The notes under the pieces were generated by a model that worked only from the letters and a program-made list of their open reading frames with translations, searched no databases and had not been told where the DNA came from. From Octopus sinensis (Eukaryota), in assembly GCF_006345805.1 (NCBI RefSeq), contig NC_043009.1, positions 45,446,001 through 45,510,000 on the forward strand: a stretch of DNA of 64,000 nucleotides, in the 5' to 3' direction. Every line of letters begins with the position of its first letter. The first letter of the stretch is position 1. The position numbers were made by a program, and so were the translations under genes. Below are positions 26,809 to 40,670 of this stretch, one piece after another.

Positions 26809-26956
26809 AGCGCAGGAGTGGCTGGGTGGTAAGTTCCTTGCTAATCAACCACATGGTTCCGGGTTCTTGGGGGCAAGTCTCTTCTGATATAACCCCGGGC
26901 CGACCAATGCCTTGTGAGTGGATTTGGTACACGGAAACAGAAAGAAGCCAGTCGTA

Positions 26957-27013
<57 letters not shown>

Positions 27014-27222
27014 TTGTGTGTCTGTGTTTGTCCGCCTAGCATTGTTTGATAACCGATGCTGGTGTGTTTACGTCCCCGTCACTTAGCGGTTCGGCAAAAG
27101 AGAACCGATAGAATAAGTACTGGGCTTACAAGAATAAGTCCCGGGGTCGATTTGCTCGACTAAAGGCGGTGCTTCAGCATGGCCGCAGTCAAATGACTGA
27201 AACAAGTAAAAGAGTAAAAGAG
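26809..27222 (+). mobile_element. SINE family A copy
   Basis: Same family sequence, with a small deletion in the head region. Confidence 0.88.
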
Positions 27223-27965
27223 ATACATACATAAACACACAAATACACACGCACACACTTAAATGTAAGAAGGGGAAAAACAGCACAAAGAGACAAACAA
27301 AACGAGACAGAAATTTATGGTCGGTGGTTGATTACTCATTTTTAGTTTATGCTGGAATTAGGAGCCACTAGAGATATGTTTGAATATTGTCTGATATAAT
27401 TTCTTTGTTTAATGGCCAGATGTAATATACTGAATGAAAAAGAAAGCTACGAACTAAAGGATAAAAACTGTGTTAATATAGAATTAAATTTAAATTCATC
27501 CATAGAAGCGTACGTTCTTTTCAATTCGAGAGACTATAAATATCTAAAATTGATATCTATCTATATATATATAAATTCACGCACACGCATATGTGTGTGT
27601 ATATATACATATATGAGTATATATGTGTGTGTGTATTCACACATATATATGTATATATATATATATGTGTGTGTGTGTGTGGACATGTATGGCCGTCCAT
27701 ATGTATGTATATGTGTATGTATGTATGTATGTATGTATGTATGTATGTATGTATGTATGTATGTATGTATGTGTCTATCTATCTATCCATGTATACCTTT
27801 AGAGAGATGGCTAGATACATATACATTCACACATGTCTGCTAGTATTACGTGAATACGTTAATAAAAGTTATGCTGCGCAAATACATGTGTTGATAAATA
27901 TTGGAATGTGTTCTTGAAGTGGTTATGCTGGACTTTATATATATATATATATATAATATATATAT

Positions 27966-27999
<34 letters not shown>

Positions 28000-28017
28000 A
28001 TATATATATATATAAAT

Positions 28018-28540
28018 CCCAAAGGTCAATCACAAAAAAGATATATGGCATGTCAGACCTTGACTACTGGGGTAGACTAGAGAAACTGAAACTTATTCAC
28101 TCCAACGACGCCCTGAACGCTATATTATCTGTATGATGTGGAAAATATTCCATCAGCACTGTCCGAATGATGTTGGCATCACCTTCAAAATACATCCTAG
28201 GCTCGGACCACGTGCCATCCGTCCACAACAAAAATCTAAATCGCATCACATACCGACAATACGACACAATTATTTCCCTTCAATTGGACCCGCTCTCTTC
28301 AACATTACACCAGGACACGTCAAAACAGAAACTGACCTCACAAAATTCAAGAAGTCTTTGGACAAATTCCTTTAAACAGTCCCGGACAAACCACCCACAC
28401 CCAGATATGTCTCAGCAAACAATTACTCTCTGCTCGAATGGGCCTTGGTGCCCAAATCCTGAATTGAAAGACTTCGCCAGGTGGTGCTATTAAGTTAGAC
28501 ATGGCCTGGGCCAATACTGGCCAAAACCTTTCTAAGTTAT
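28018..28540 (+). mobile_element. CR1/L2-type LINE 3' fragment (decayed), in (TA)n
   Basis: GMSDLDYWGRLEKLKL...LQRRPERY, MWKI...CPNDVGITF, FNITP...FKKSLDKFL*TVPD resemble the CR1 ORF2 C-terminus. The 3' tail has a repeated TTCTAAGT. Confidence 0.72.
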
Positions 28541-28547
28541 TCTAAGT

Positions 28548-28651
<104 letters not shown>

Positions 28652-29114
28652 GTATATATATATATATGTATGTATATATTTATGAATATATATATATATG
28701 AATACGTATATATATGAATAATAACTTGTACATATACATTAGTATGTCCATACAAGCATTTATATGTATATATACTTTTTATTTACATAATTATCTATAA
28801 ATATATTGTTTGTTTGTGCGTGTTTGTGTGTGTTTGTGTATGTGCGAGTGCGTGTGTGTGTGTGTTTGTCTGCGGTCGTCTTTGTATGTATATATTTATA
28901 TATTTTTTCGATTAAAGTAATATCTATTTTCAATTTTCTTTTTCCTGAATGATTTTATTTGCGCAAAGTTATAAATGTCAACTTAAAAGTTTTGCGAATC
29001 GAGATTCACGAAAACATAGATTAAAGAGATGTGGTTTATATATTTGTTTATATCAAAACATTCGCAGCTCCACCCACCCCTGTGTGACCACATATAGACA
29101 GACACATGTGTATA

Positions 29115-29155
<41 letters not shown>

Positions 29156-29407
29156 TACATGTTTGTAGATACATACACATATACCTATATACATACATAG
29201 GTTTATATGTAACTGTATATCTATCCATATATATATACATACATATACAAGCAACGCAAATACACTCACCCTCACGTAGACACACAAAATCATGAATTTA
29301 GCATATGCTAACTTGTAGCCACTGTGTATATATTATATCATGTACATATTTGAAGTGAACGTCCTAAGCAGGCATTAAAATTCAAAGCAACAAGAAATGT
29401 CTATCTG

Positions 29408-29455
<48 letters not shown>

Positions 29456-29493
29456 CCAATTCCTATTTCCCTCTCTCCCACTCTCTATGTCTC

Positions 29494-29575
<82 letters not shown>

Positions 29576-29852
29576 CAATGGAGAAATTCTAGAAAATGTA
29601 TAAGTGGATGATGAGTAATACACCAGTACAGTCTCAATTACCGTAGATTGCAGGAACTTCATAGTGGCGGTTGAGATAACAGTATTAATAAAATAGATGG
29701 AAAACTGAATCTCTAGAGAGACTTATAGAGAGACTATATTTTTATTTATGTAACCGAAGAGACCCAGAACAGGTCGAAACATGTGTCGATGTGTCGTACT
29801 AAATAAAAAAACTTTTTCTTTCTATTTTATTAATACTATATATACATATATA

Positions 29853-30273
29853 TACTCTTTTTACTCTTTTTACTCTTTTTTTACTCTTTTTACTTGTTTC
29901 AGTCATTTGACTGCGGCCATGCTGGAGCACCGCCTTTAGTCGAGAAAATCGACACCGGGACTTATTCTTTGTAAGCCCAGTACTTATTCTATCGGTCTCT
30001 TTTGCCGAACCGCTAAGTGACGGGGACGTAAACACACCAGCATCGGTTGTCAAGCAATGCTAGGGGAACAAACACAGAGACACAAACATATTCACACACA
30101 CTTATATATATATACATATATACGACAGGCTTCTTTCAGTTTCCGTCTACCAAATCCACTCACAAGGCATTGGTCGGTCCGGGGCTATAGTAGAAGACAC
30201 TTGCCCAAGATGCCACGCAGTGGAACCATGTGGTTGATTAGCAAGCTACTTACCAAACAGCCACTCCTGCGCC
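29853..30273 (-). mobile_element. SINE family A copy
   Basis: Same family sequence, with a (TACTCTTTT)n-like expanded tail. Confidence 0.88.
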
Positions 30274-30285
30274 TATATATGTATG

Positions 30286-30375
<90 letters not shown>

Positions 30376-30944
30376 ATATATGTATATATGCCAATGAGCA
30401 GAAAAACGAAAGAGCTATTGGGAACTACAAGTATGGAGTAAAGCAGATTGACTCAAATTCGTTGGCACTCTTGTGTTCCAAGCACGATGCTAGTCGTCAG
30501 TCATTTTGAAGTTTCCAAGGCATATATATATATATATACGTTTATGCTAACCTTTTTTTTTATGGTCAGTTATAATATTAACAATTTTACATTAACCTTC
30601 GGGGTTATCCTCTGCTTTTGTATAATAGAAACTTATTCCTAAACAAGAATATTGTTGACAGTCACTTTGAAGTTTCAGTCAATTAAGCCATTGTCCGACT
30701 GTGAGGCATTCAATTTAATCTAGTTTTACATAATCTCTGCTTGACTAAAAGCTTCCATGGGTTTGTGAATTTGAGTGTAGTTCCTATCAGATTTTGTTGT
30801 GTGTTTTCATGGATATGAGATTTTATTGATTACATTTAGATGTAAGTTGTCGTTTAGAATTTATTCAAGTCTGTAGAACCGTGTAAGGAAGTGAGTATGT
30901 TTAGGTGTGAGCCTTTTGTTAAGTAGGCAGAAGATGGTCTGTTG

Positions 30945-31490
30945 TTTAGCGGTATTTTGTCTGCCGTTACGTTCTGCGTTCAAATTCCGCCGGGGTCGAC
31001 TTTGCCTTTCATCCTTTCGGGGTCGATAAATTAAGTACTAGTTGCGCAATGGGCTTGATGTAATCGACTTAATCCGTTAGTTTGTCCTTGTTTGTCCCCT
31101 CTGTGTTAAGCCCCCTGTGGATAGTATAGAAATAGGTATTTTGTTTGCCGTTAGGTTCTGAGTTCAAATTCCGCCGAGGTTGACTTTGTCTTTCATCCTT
31201 TCGGGGCCGATTAAATAGGTACCAGTTAAGCACTGGAGTCGATGTAATCGACTTTATCCGTTTGTCTTTCCTTGTTTGTCCTCTCTGTGTTTAGCCCTTT
31301 GTGGGTAGTAAAGAAATAGGTATTTTGCCAGCCTTTACATTCTGAGTTCAAATTCCGCCCATGTCGACTTTGCCGTTCATCTATTCGGGGTCGATAATTT
31401 AATTACCAGTTGCGTACTGTTATTGGTCTAATACGCTGCCCGCTTCCCCCAAAATCTCGGGCCTTGTGCTTAGAGTAAAAAAGAATAATT
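30945..31490 (+). mobile_element. SINE family B head-to-tail trimer
   Basis: Units start GGTATTTTG at 30951, 31135 and 31319 (184-bp period), with the same ...AGAAATA|GGTATTT junction as at 5182. Confidence 0.85.
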
Positions 31491-32347
31491 ATCATCGTCA
31501 TATATCTCCTTATATTTTCCTTCTAGGATTTCTACCCATTCACCTAATTCTTTTTTCCTCCCTCATCTCTTCATTTTCCCATATACAATCGCCATCCCCG
31601 TCATGATACTTATCACCGTTATCATCGCTACCATCCACGCTGCCGTTGTCACCGTCATCAGCATTAAGTTGGTTATTATGATCGTTGCTATCATTATCAA
31701 CATCATCAGCCCATTCGACTGCATTCTCTGTTTTCCGTCTTTATCGCTATTATTAGCAATGTCGCATCAAGCATTCTTGTAATCGATGCGTTGCTTTTTT
31801 TTCCAAGAACAATTTGACCGGTCAATTACTTATCAAGTTCTTTTCGGCTTAAACTGATTTTTGGCTCTTGACATTGGAGTCATTACTGATTATAGAGTCA
31901 CTGCTTGTTTCTGAAAACAATGTTTGGTAAGATGAATGTTCTGTTATATATATATAACGTATTAGTGAATAGAGGTAGCTGAAGCATTCCACATAAATTT
32001 AAGGCAGAAGTGGAAGTTTGGCATAAAGAGGAAAAATTAGCAAAATAGAACACGAAGAGAAAAATGGAAATATTTACCACGAGCATAGTCATCCCAGTAG
32101 TAAATGAGTGTTAAAATGAAAGCAATTGATAATAACAAAAAAACTGTAACTTCTTAGTAATCCATAGTGGTACAGAAAATGAGTGTAGGCACATAGGTAA
32201 GAGTATATCGATGCATAATACAAATGATTCGTCGCTAAATCTGTAGATATAATTTACAAATATGCGTATTCTTTGACAGTCACATATATTTAAATATAAA
32301 TGTTTCATATATACCTAATTAATTTTCATATGCATATGCGCACAAAT

Positions 32348-32418
32348 TTAATAATAATGATAATAATAATAATTATTATTATTATAATGATGATAATAAT
32401 AATAATAATAAAAATAAA

Positions 32419-32472
<54 letters not shown>

Positions 32473-32473
32473 T

Positions 32474-32504
<31 letters not shown>

Positions 32505-32812
32505 TTATCATTATCATCATAATAATAATAATAATAATAATAATATAATAATAATAATAATAATAATAATGATACCTAGACCAAATTAAGGAAACCTTGA
32601 TAGTGACTGTCAGGAACGAGGGAGTATTGAGAGCACTACCATCACCACCACCACCATCACACCACCATCGCCATTTTTGCGTGTATATATATGAAAATTA
32701 TTCAGGCTTATTTAAATTGTTTCAATTACCCAAGTACCAATTATAATTATTATTGTTGTTTCTGTTATTGTTTGTGTTATTGTTATTATTATTATTTTAC
32801 TTATTATTATTA

Positions 32813-32884
<72 letters not shown>
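32348..32884. repeat. (AAT)n/(ATT)n trinucleotide arrays (32348-32572 and ~32740-32884)
   Basis: Directly visible, with alternating orientation blocks. Confidence 0.93.
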
Positions 32885-32885
<1 letters not shown>

Positions 32886-34448
32886 TTCCACTAATACATG
32901 GAAGCTTGGCCAACTGAAATTAGGAGCCAAATCACTCTCACGTCACATTCCCCTATCTTATATATTACCATATATAAAAACCAAAGTTCAGTGTTTTATT
33001 ACTGAAATACCTTTTTATCATAGATCTACTCGATGGAGTCTGGCATGAGGATAAATAACAACATCTGCAATTGATTCCTTTCCTATAAAATTGCTTCTGT
33101 GTCTAGCGAAAAGAAATCAGATTTTGGCATTTTTTAAACAGCATAAAGGAAATTAAAACGATAATCTCGCGCACTTTTAAGATATAGACAATATTATAAG
33201 TAGATGGATTTAAATCTCATGCAGCTGGAACTTCTTAAGTGAATCTCAAGATAATCTGTTACAATTATGTGTGGTTTCTAATTTCTTTGTTTCCAGTTTA
33301 ACTTCTAGTAGTAAATATCATTTACTGTTATATTAGTTAACTGTGAAAGAGCTTTAACAGTACAGTTACCATAAGATGCCATAAAGTACAAGAACAAAGA
33401 AATATTGGTTCTTCGCTTTTCTCTCTCTTTTTCTTTTTGCGAATCAGTTGTTGAGATCTTTGATAAAATGAACTTCTTAGACAATGGATTACTGTACGTG
33501 GCTGACTAATACAAAGAATATTGTGCCATTAACTAGGTGGCCACCAACCGCGAACGGTTGATTTCAAAGTGAACTACACCACTAATCTGCGAAGTACATC
33601 ACTAATACAAGAATATGTCGTTTGACGTTGCCTAATGAGTTTGGTCACGGTGAGTAATAGGTATATAGTGTAACCTTCCAATTGAGCATCTGTTAAAAAT
33701 CCATTTCGTTTCATATATTAGATGTAATGTTCGATTATTATAGGATTAGGAATAAATCTAAGGTCGACAATTTCGCATAGAAGAGCCATCTTATAATTAT
33801 AAGTACTGGAAGCAACTAAATTTCTTGTAGTTTATAGAAAAAGATCTGCAGTAATAAAACAAAAACGTCTGTTTCATATGAGCAATACATGTATCTTTAA
33901 CATAACTACGTTGTTGAAATTAATCCTTCTAGGATCGGTCACTGATGACAAATAACTGATATACAGTTCCAGAATTAGGTGCTCTTTTGATTTTGGGGAA
34001 AAAAATCCATTGTTTTAGCGGAAGAGATAGATCAAACGTATTGAAGGTATTTATTTAAAGACACATAAATGACGTACATTCTGCGTTGTTCAGTGTCGGA
34101 CTTTTATATTTAGAGGATGTCATTAATAATAGATGACTAGCAATCTGTCGTATCTCTTAATTCATCGTTCTCTTAAATAACCACAACATTATCGATAACA
34201 ATGATGAACAAGGGAAGCCAATGCGAGTACTTATATGATTAATTACATTATTAACGTACAATGTCCAGGAAACTTACGGAAACTTCTCTCCGTATATTGT
34301 TTGTATATTTTTAGAGCCACAGTGGATTGTTTTAATATTGAGTGGGGAGATAAATGAAGCACATTAACTTGAGCTCTTTCGATATCCTCACGCGCCCTCT
34401 CCTTATGTATGCATGTATGTATGTATGGTTGTATGTAGAGTAAGTGAG

Positions 34449-34480
<32 letters not shown>

Positions 34481-34573
34481 TACACATAAATACGCACACA
34501 TAAATATATATATATATACATACATATATATATACATAGATAGATATATATACACATAAATACACACACGTAA

Positions 34574-34630
<57 letters not shown>

Positions 34631-35543
34631 TGTTGAAATGGAAATATGAATTTTCTTGTTACAGATTATTCAAAAGTTTAACCGATACCTGGGTAGCAAA
34701 AATCACAGCAGAAAAAAACACGGTTGGAGAAAAGACCATATGGTGTTGCAACCGTGCGTTGGTGCGGATAATTGAAGTTTAATATAATTAGTGAATGGAA
34801 GAAATGGAGTTGAACGAAGATTGTACAGAATTCCATTTATTACATTCTACACATGTTTCAAAGGCCACAATTTTCCAAATTCTGATTAAATAAGGATACC
34901 ATATTGCAGCGTTCTCTTCAGGAAAAACCAGGAATTACGTTGTCAGAACAAAACAAAACAGAGGCGCAGCAAAGCAATTCGAAAGAAAGAAAAATAGATA
35001 TATATATGCCTAATTAAAGTATCATAAAAGCATGAAACCATTAATAATATCTGCAGTTGTGTAACAAATTTATACACATATAAATTCGAGGGTGATAAAG
35101 AGTACACTGTTGTGACTATTGTGAGTGATGTCCTAAATGTAGTTTATCTAGCAGGTTATGCGTTGTATATATACTCCTGAACGATATCAGGCCTGCTGCA
35201 AGTCTTTTCTACTGGCACAGGTTACTGCTAAGATAAATAGTTGGCTGGCGCGTTCTTCAAATTATCTCGGATAGTTTCGTTTGTTAGGGCCTCGATCATG
35301 CTCCACATTTACGTATACATGCTAATTATACCGCTTTACTTTTAAGAGTCTTATCTTCAATCTGCATACATACATGCATACATAAGTTCGAGCATATACG
35401 CAGTTTTCTTACATACATGCATATACTAATGCATATATAAATCCATCCTTCTATTTACCAATCAATGTATGCATATACAGTCCTGCGGATGCGAATAATA
35501 CTGAGAAAATTAGTGAGATGGCAGATATTGATAGACAAAGGGT

Positions 35544-35777
35544 ATAGGAGTGGGTGTGTGGTAAGAAGTTTGCCTCCCATGCACATGGTTCCGGTTCAGT
35601 CCCACTGCGTGGCACCTTGGGCAAGTGACTTCTACTATTGCTTCGGACCGACTAATGCCTTGTCGGTGGATTTAATAGACAGAAAATAAAAGAAGCTCGT
35701 CGTATATATATATATTATATATATGGTACTTAATCCATTGATATCTTTTGCCGAACTGCTAAGTTACTGTCATCTTC

Positions 35778-35835
<58 letters not shown>

Positions 35836-36068
35836 AGTGTGTGTACGTATACAGACACGCACGCACACATACATGTACGTATTTTGTGTCTGTGTTCGTC
35901 CCCCACCGCTTGACAACCGGTGTTGGTGTGTTTACGTCTCCGTAACGTAGCAGTTGGGCAACAATGACCGATAGAATATGTAATAGGCATAAAAAAATTC
36001 GTAGGTTCAAATTACTTGATTAAAACACTTCAAGGAGGTGCCCCAGCATGATCGCAATCAAATGATTA
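35544..36068 (+). mobile_element. Older, diverged SINE family A copy
   Basis: Head, GGCACCTTGGGCAAGT, internal microsatellite and a diverged tail (GGTGCCCCAGCATG). Confidence 0.75.
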
Positions 36069-38629
36069 GATAAGAGAAAATGTTTCGAAAATTACAGCTT
36101 CTCTACTCCGATTATATATTCACATTTATATCCATAATAATTGGTGCAATTAGTTTTCGTAATGAATCTTCCTTTTACCTTTTACTTGTTTCATTATTAG
36201 ACTGCGGCCATGCTGGAAAATTGGCTTGAAGAATTTTTATTCCAATCAATCGAACGAAGTTATTTTTCGTTGAGACTTGTAATTAATCCATCGACCGCTT
36301 ATGCCTAACTGCTAAGATACTGTTCCCTAAAACACGAACATCTATTGTCAAGTGGTGGTGAGGAGGCCTCCCCCATATATATGTATATATATATATATAT
36401 AATATATATATATATATAGTAGAAGACGGCCACACATGCCCCCCACTACGCCTATAAATGTTTAAGATATATTGTCGTGAAGTTAAGATTTTCCGGTAAA
36501 GAAACCGACTAATTAGAAAATAGTTTATAACTACAACCCCGAAGCGGAATAATGAATATATGTAAGATTTAAAAAAAACGGTTCTACGTATAACTCTTTT
36601 CCTCTTATTTATTTTCATTTCTTTTACAAGAAAATATCAATGGTAGAAGTGTTTCGTAAGAGATGCAACTTCTCGCTCATTGAAAGAATTTAAAGAATTA
36701 AAAAGCAAAGAAACGTACATATGTAGATCTCTGTTCTTCCACATACAAACACACACATACACACGTACATTTGCATATATATATTTCTTCATATATAATT
36801 ATATAATACCAATACATATCTATATAGCTAAATGTACATATCGTTCAACACACACACACATACACACATGCATAAAGACATACATCTATATGTATGTAAA
36901 TACACGCACACTCACATATGTATCTATAGCATAAATTCTTTAAAACATTATTTTATTTCTTCATCATTAGTCATTTTCAAATACCATTTCATATAATAGA
37001 ATGATATTTTAACAAAATGGTGAAGTAGAGTATCTTTATGAATGGGATTATTTCTTCTTCGTGTTTTTCTATGAGACTGGCATTCCATTTTTAAGACACT
37101 AGTTTTAATTTCTTTTTTTTTTTAATAAAAAAAGTCTCTTCCTTTCCATGGTGTCGAAATATTTTAACAATTGTAGATATTATTTCAATGATTTAATTAT
37201 TCTCTGAAGTATCAAGCAGTCATGTTCAATTTAAAATAACCTAGTTCAATTGGCACAGCAGATTACTTATCAGTTAATTAAGAAAAACTGACTCTAAAAC
37301 ACATATTTTTTTCTAGTTAGAGATCTTAAAATCTTGAAATTAATATTCTTGCGCTGTTATTTTCATGGTACAATACAGTCAAGGGTGGTTACGCAGAGGA
37401 CACTTTCCAGAACCTCGAAGACTGTGAAGGAAGACCGGTGTTTGGAGCAAATTCAATCAAAACGATGGATTCCGATAAAACTCCCAAGGGCCAGCTGGTT
37501 GTGTTGAACAATTGATAGGCTAAGACAGGAGTAGAAGCCGTCGATTCCAAGGTTATGGTCAAGCTGAGGCTACGATAGAAGTTACTTGCTCAAGGTATAG
37601 CTAAGTGACAGGACGGAACCCGTCAACCATCCGGTTGCGAAGCCAACTTTTAAAACCCAAAACTTTTTTGATGCCCATAATTCTTCGTTTCTTTTCATCA
37701 GCACATAAACCTCACGCACTCACACAAACAATAAAAATTTTAGTAGATAGATGTTGTTACTGTTTGCACCAGTGCTTAGCAGATTATCATTAAGATTATG
37801 CAGACCTATAATCGAAATCGTTTCGACTGTGATCTACCAAAATTTGTTTTCGGATATAGCTTGTATGGAATTTCATAATGCAAAGTTTTCGTTTTGTAAC
37901 TAAAGACAGTAGGGATCAATTTATGAGAGATAGTTTGAAGTGTAAGCGTCAACGTAAACTTTCCATTATTAGATCGGTGAGGGATGTAATATATGCGCTT
38001 CAGCATTTTACTTTACTTCTTTTGCATTGGCTAGAAAATAGGCAATATTACTATTTGCAATCAGATATAATTACAACATTTCATTTACATTATACGCCAT
38101 ACTACAAATCTGCAATTATTAACTATCTGCTTTGCAATAATTTTACACTATACATGTAGAGCCTATCGCTCAGCTGTCACACTTTTTTTGTCTTTCTTGA
38201 ATATAATTCAATTAGGACACTAACCAAGTAAGTAGCTAGCAAAGAGATTGCGAAGCTGTTAAAGATTCTTCGTGAACATGAAATCGTTCATCCGTCAATG
38301 ATTATTCATTTAAACAAAGGAGAGTTAGTCTGAAATCGGTCTTGGCGTAAAGAGATAACTACGCGTTACAGACAACCAACCAATTAATATTTTTCACTTT
38401 TATGTGTATATAATGTGTCTGTGTACATATAAGGATGATTTTGGTAATCTTAACTCAGTATTAGCGCCGATTTCTTTCTTTCAAAATCCGATTGCTTTAT
38501 ATATAACGTACTAGAAACGTTATTATAGATTTTTGAAATTTTTGGTATTTCTATATATAGAGGTAAAATAAACCAAATGTATGCATTGGCAGGTGATTTA
38601 TTCCCTATTATTTACGCAGAACTAATATT

Positions 38630-39800
38630 TCGGTAGTCAGTTTGCCCTCCTTTTGCAGAATTAAGGGCTTCTACACGTTGAGGCCTGCACAAATCCTTGA
38701 TTCTGTCCGAATGGAACCAAACTTGTATGAGGTGCCCAGTAAGGAAGCATTTGATTGTAATAGGGGATTGTTGTATTTTCTCTTTCACCAGACACTATAG
38801 TCTCTCAGTTGGATTCATGTTGAGTAAATTTCCTGGCCATGGAAGTACGTTATTATGTTCAGCGAACCATGTCTTTACCGATTTTGTTGTATGGCATGGT
38901 GCCGAGTCACGTTGTAATATCCAAGGCCTTTCTCCGTACTATTCCCGTACTTGTGGTATTAGTCTACATGTATGTACCTAAGTAAGTAAGTCTCTTGGTT
39001 TACAGAACCTTCAATTATTTTCAGGCAGAAATTGTCCCCCAAGCATAATCTTCTGTGGAAATTTTAGTGTTTTTCGAAGACACTCCGGACGAAATTCCTC
39101 ACTAGGCCTCCTTCTCACACTTTGCACCCAATCATCGAGCACAGCTAATGGTGGATTCATCTGAAGACACCAATTGAAAACCATATTTGATTAATAGGGC
39201 ATCCAGAATAAGTTATTGTTTCAGTTTATGACAATCAGAAATTAATAGCTATGTTAAAACGATCCTTTTGATAACTGAAATCAGTAGTAACATCTTATTT
39301 TATCAATATCATATTTTATCATGGATACAATACATAAACACTCTAATCCACTACTTTAGGTTGTCTTACCTCCTCCCATTGCTTAGAAGTCTATGCAATA
39401 TGACTTTTAGCCTGTGCAGGGTCTTTTCCTTTGGACGATATGCGTGTAATCCACCTTCCAAAAGTCTGTTGTAAGTTGTTTTTCGATGCACAGTGATGTT
39501 CTGTTCCATTAATTCGCGGGAAATCTTACTACAAGATTCTCTTCTATTGTTGATAGAAATTATTTTTATTTTTCTATCAATCCTAGGGGTTGTTTCTCGT
39601 TTCCTACCGCTGTTACCAAGCCTTTTTGCTATCAAATCCTCGTTCTTTTCCATTTTTTCCTAATTGTATTAATTTTCTGAGTTGAAACATTTAGTTTCTT
39701 TGCAATTTCTCTCTGTTTAAATGAGGTATCCCTCAAATACACTTATATTTGTCCAATTTTATGGGGACTTAGATCTCTTTGTTTACCCGTCTTGGCCTGG
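38630..39800 (-). pseudogene. Decayed Tc1-family DDE transposase
   Basis: Minus-strand fragments: KQREIAKKLNVST (HTH), SGRKRETTPRIDRKI...TVHRKTTYNRLLEGGL (second HTH), VSSDES, PWILQRDSAPCHTTKSVKTWFAEHN, VLPWPGNLLNMNPTE. Stops and frameshifts are present. Confidence 0.85.
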
Positions 39801-39989
39801 AATTGAAATAACACGTTATTTATACTTTAAGTGCAACTTACTACATGAATTTGTAACTAATACAACATAGAGTAACTAAACAAATCATTAGAAAACAAAC
39901 AAGCACCCTACACCGACCACTACTCGACTAAAACTGAAGGAAACGTGGGCTGCAGCCGCTGAGTTGTATAATGCAATTTAGTGTTGTCA

Positions 39990-40138
39990 TACAACAGAAA
40001 CTCATTATTGCCAGATGTCACTAGAAATCCGTATAAGGCGTAGCTAAAATCGAAGTTAGAGAATGTACAGCCATAAAACAGAAGCTCATTATTGCAAGAT
40101 GTCATTAGAAATCCCTATAAATCGAAGTTAGAGAATGT
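39990..40138. repeat. Imperfect tandem duplication, ~85-bp unit
   Basis: ACAGAA.CTCATTATTGC.AGATGTCA.TAGAAATCC.TATA...AATCGAAGTTAGAGAATGT occurs twice. Confidence 0.85.
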
Positions 40139-40182
40139 GAAAATTAATGATTAAACTTATTTGTTTCATTTAAGTAACCAAG

Positions 40183-40361
<179 letters not shown>

Positions 40362-40625
40362 TGATAAAACGGTAAGATAACAAAAGAAAGAAAGAGACCT
40401 CAATATTATGTAAATAGAGGAAATTTATCTATACAATATGTTACATTACTCGGTAGTCAAGATAAAACTCTGAGTTTCAGATGCCGAAGTGGAAATCCAC
40501 AACACCATCTCTTCGGTTATCTGGCTATTCAGAAATAGCCAGATAACCGAAGAGATGGTGTTGTGGATTTCCACTTCGGCATCTGAAACTCAGAGTTTTA
40601 TCTTGACTACCGAGTAGTGTAACAT

Positions 40626-40633
<8 letters not shown>
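40362..40633. mobile_element. Penelope-like terminal repeat with inverted partial duplication (204-bp palindrome)
   Basis: 40430-40529 and 40534-40633 are reverse complements (1 mismatch, 4-nt loop), contain a hammerhead-like motif and are flanked by (TA)n. The Penelope assignment is inference. Confidence 0.6.

Positions 40634-40670
<37 letters not shown>

Noticed and set aside
30951-31480. Regularly spaced repeats as a possible CRISPR array
   Set aside because: Whole 184-bp units repeat with no unique spacers, the context is eukaryotic, and there are no cas genes.
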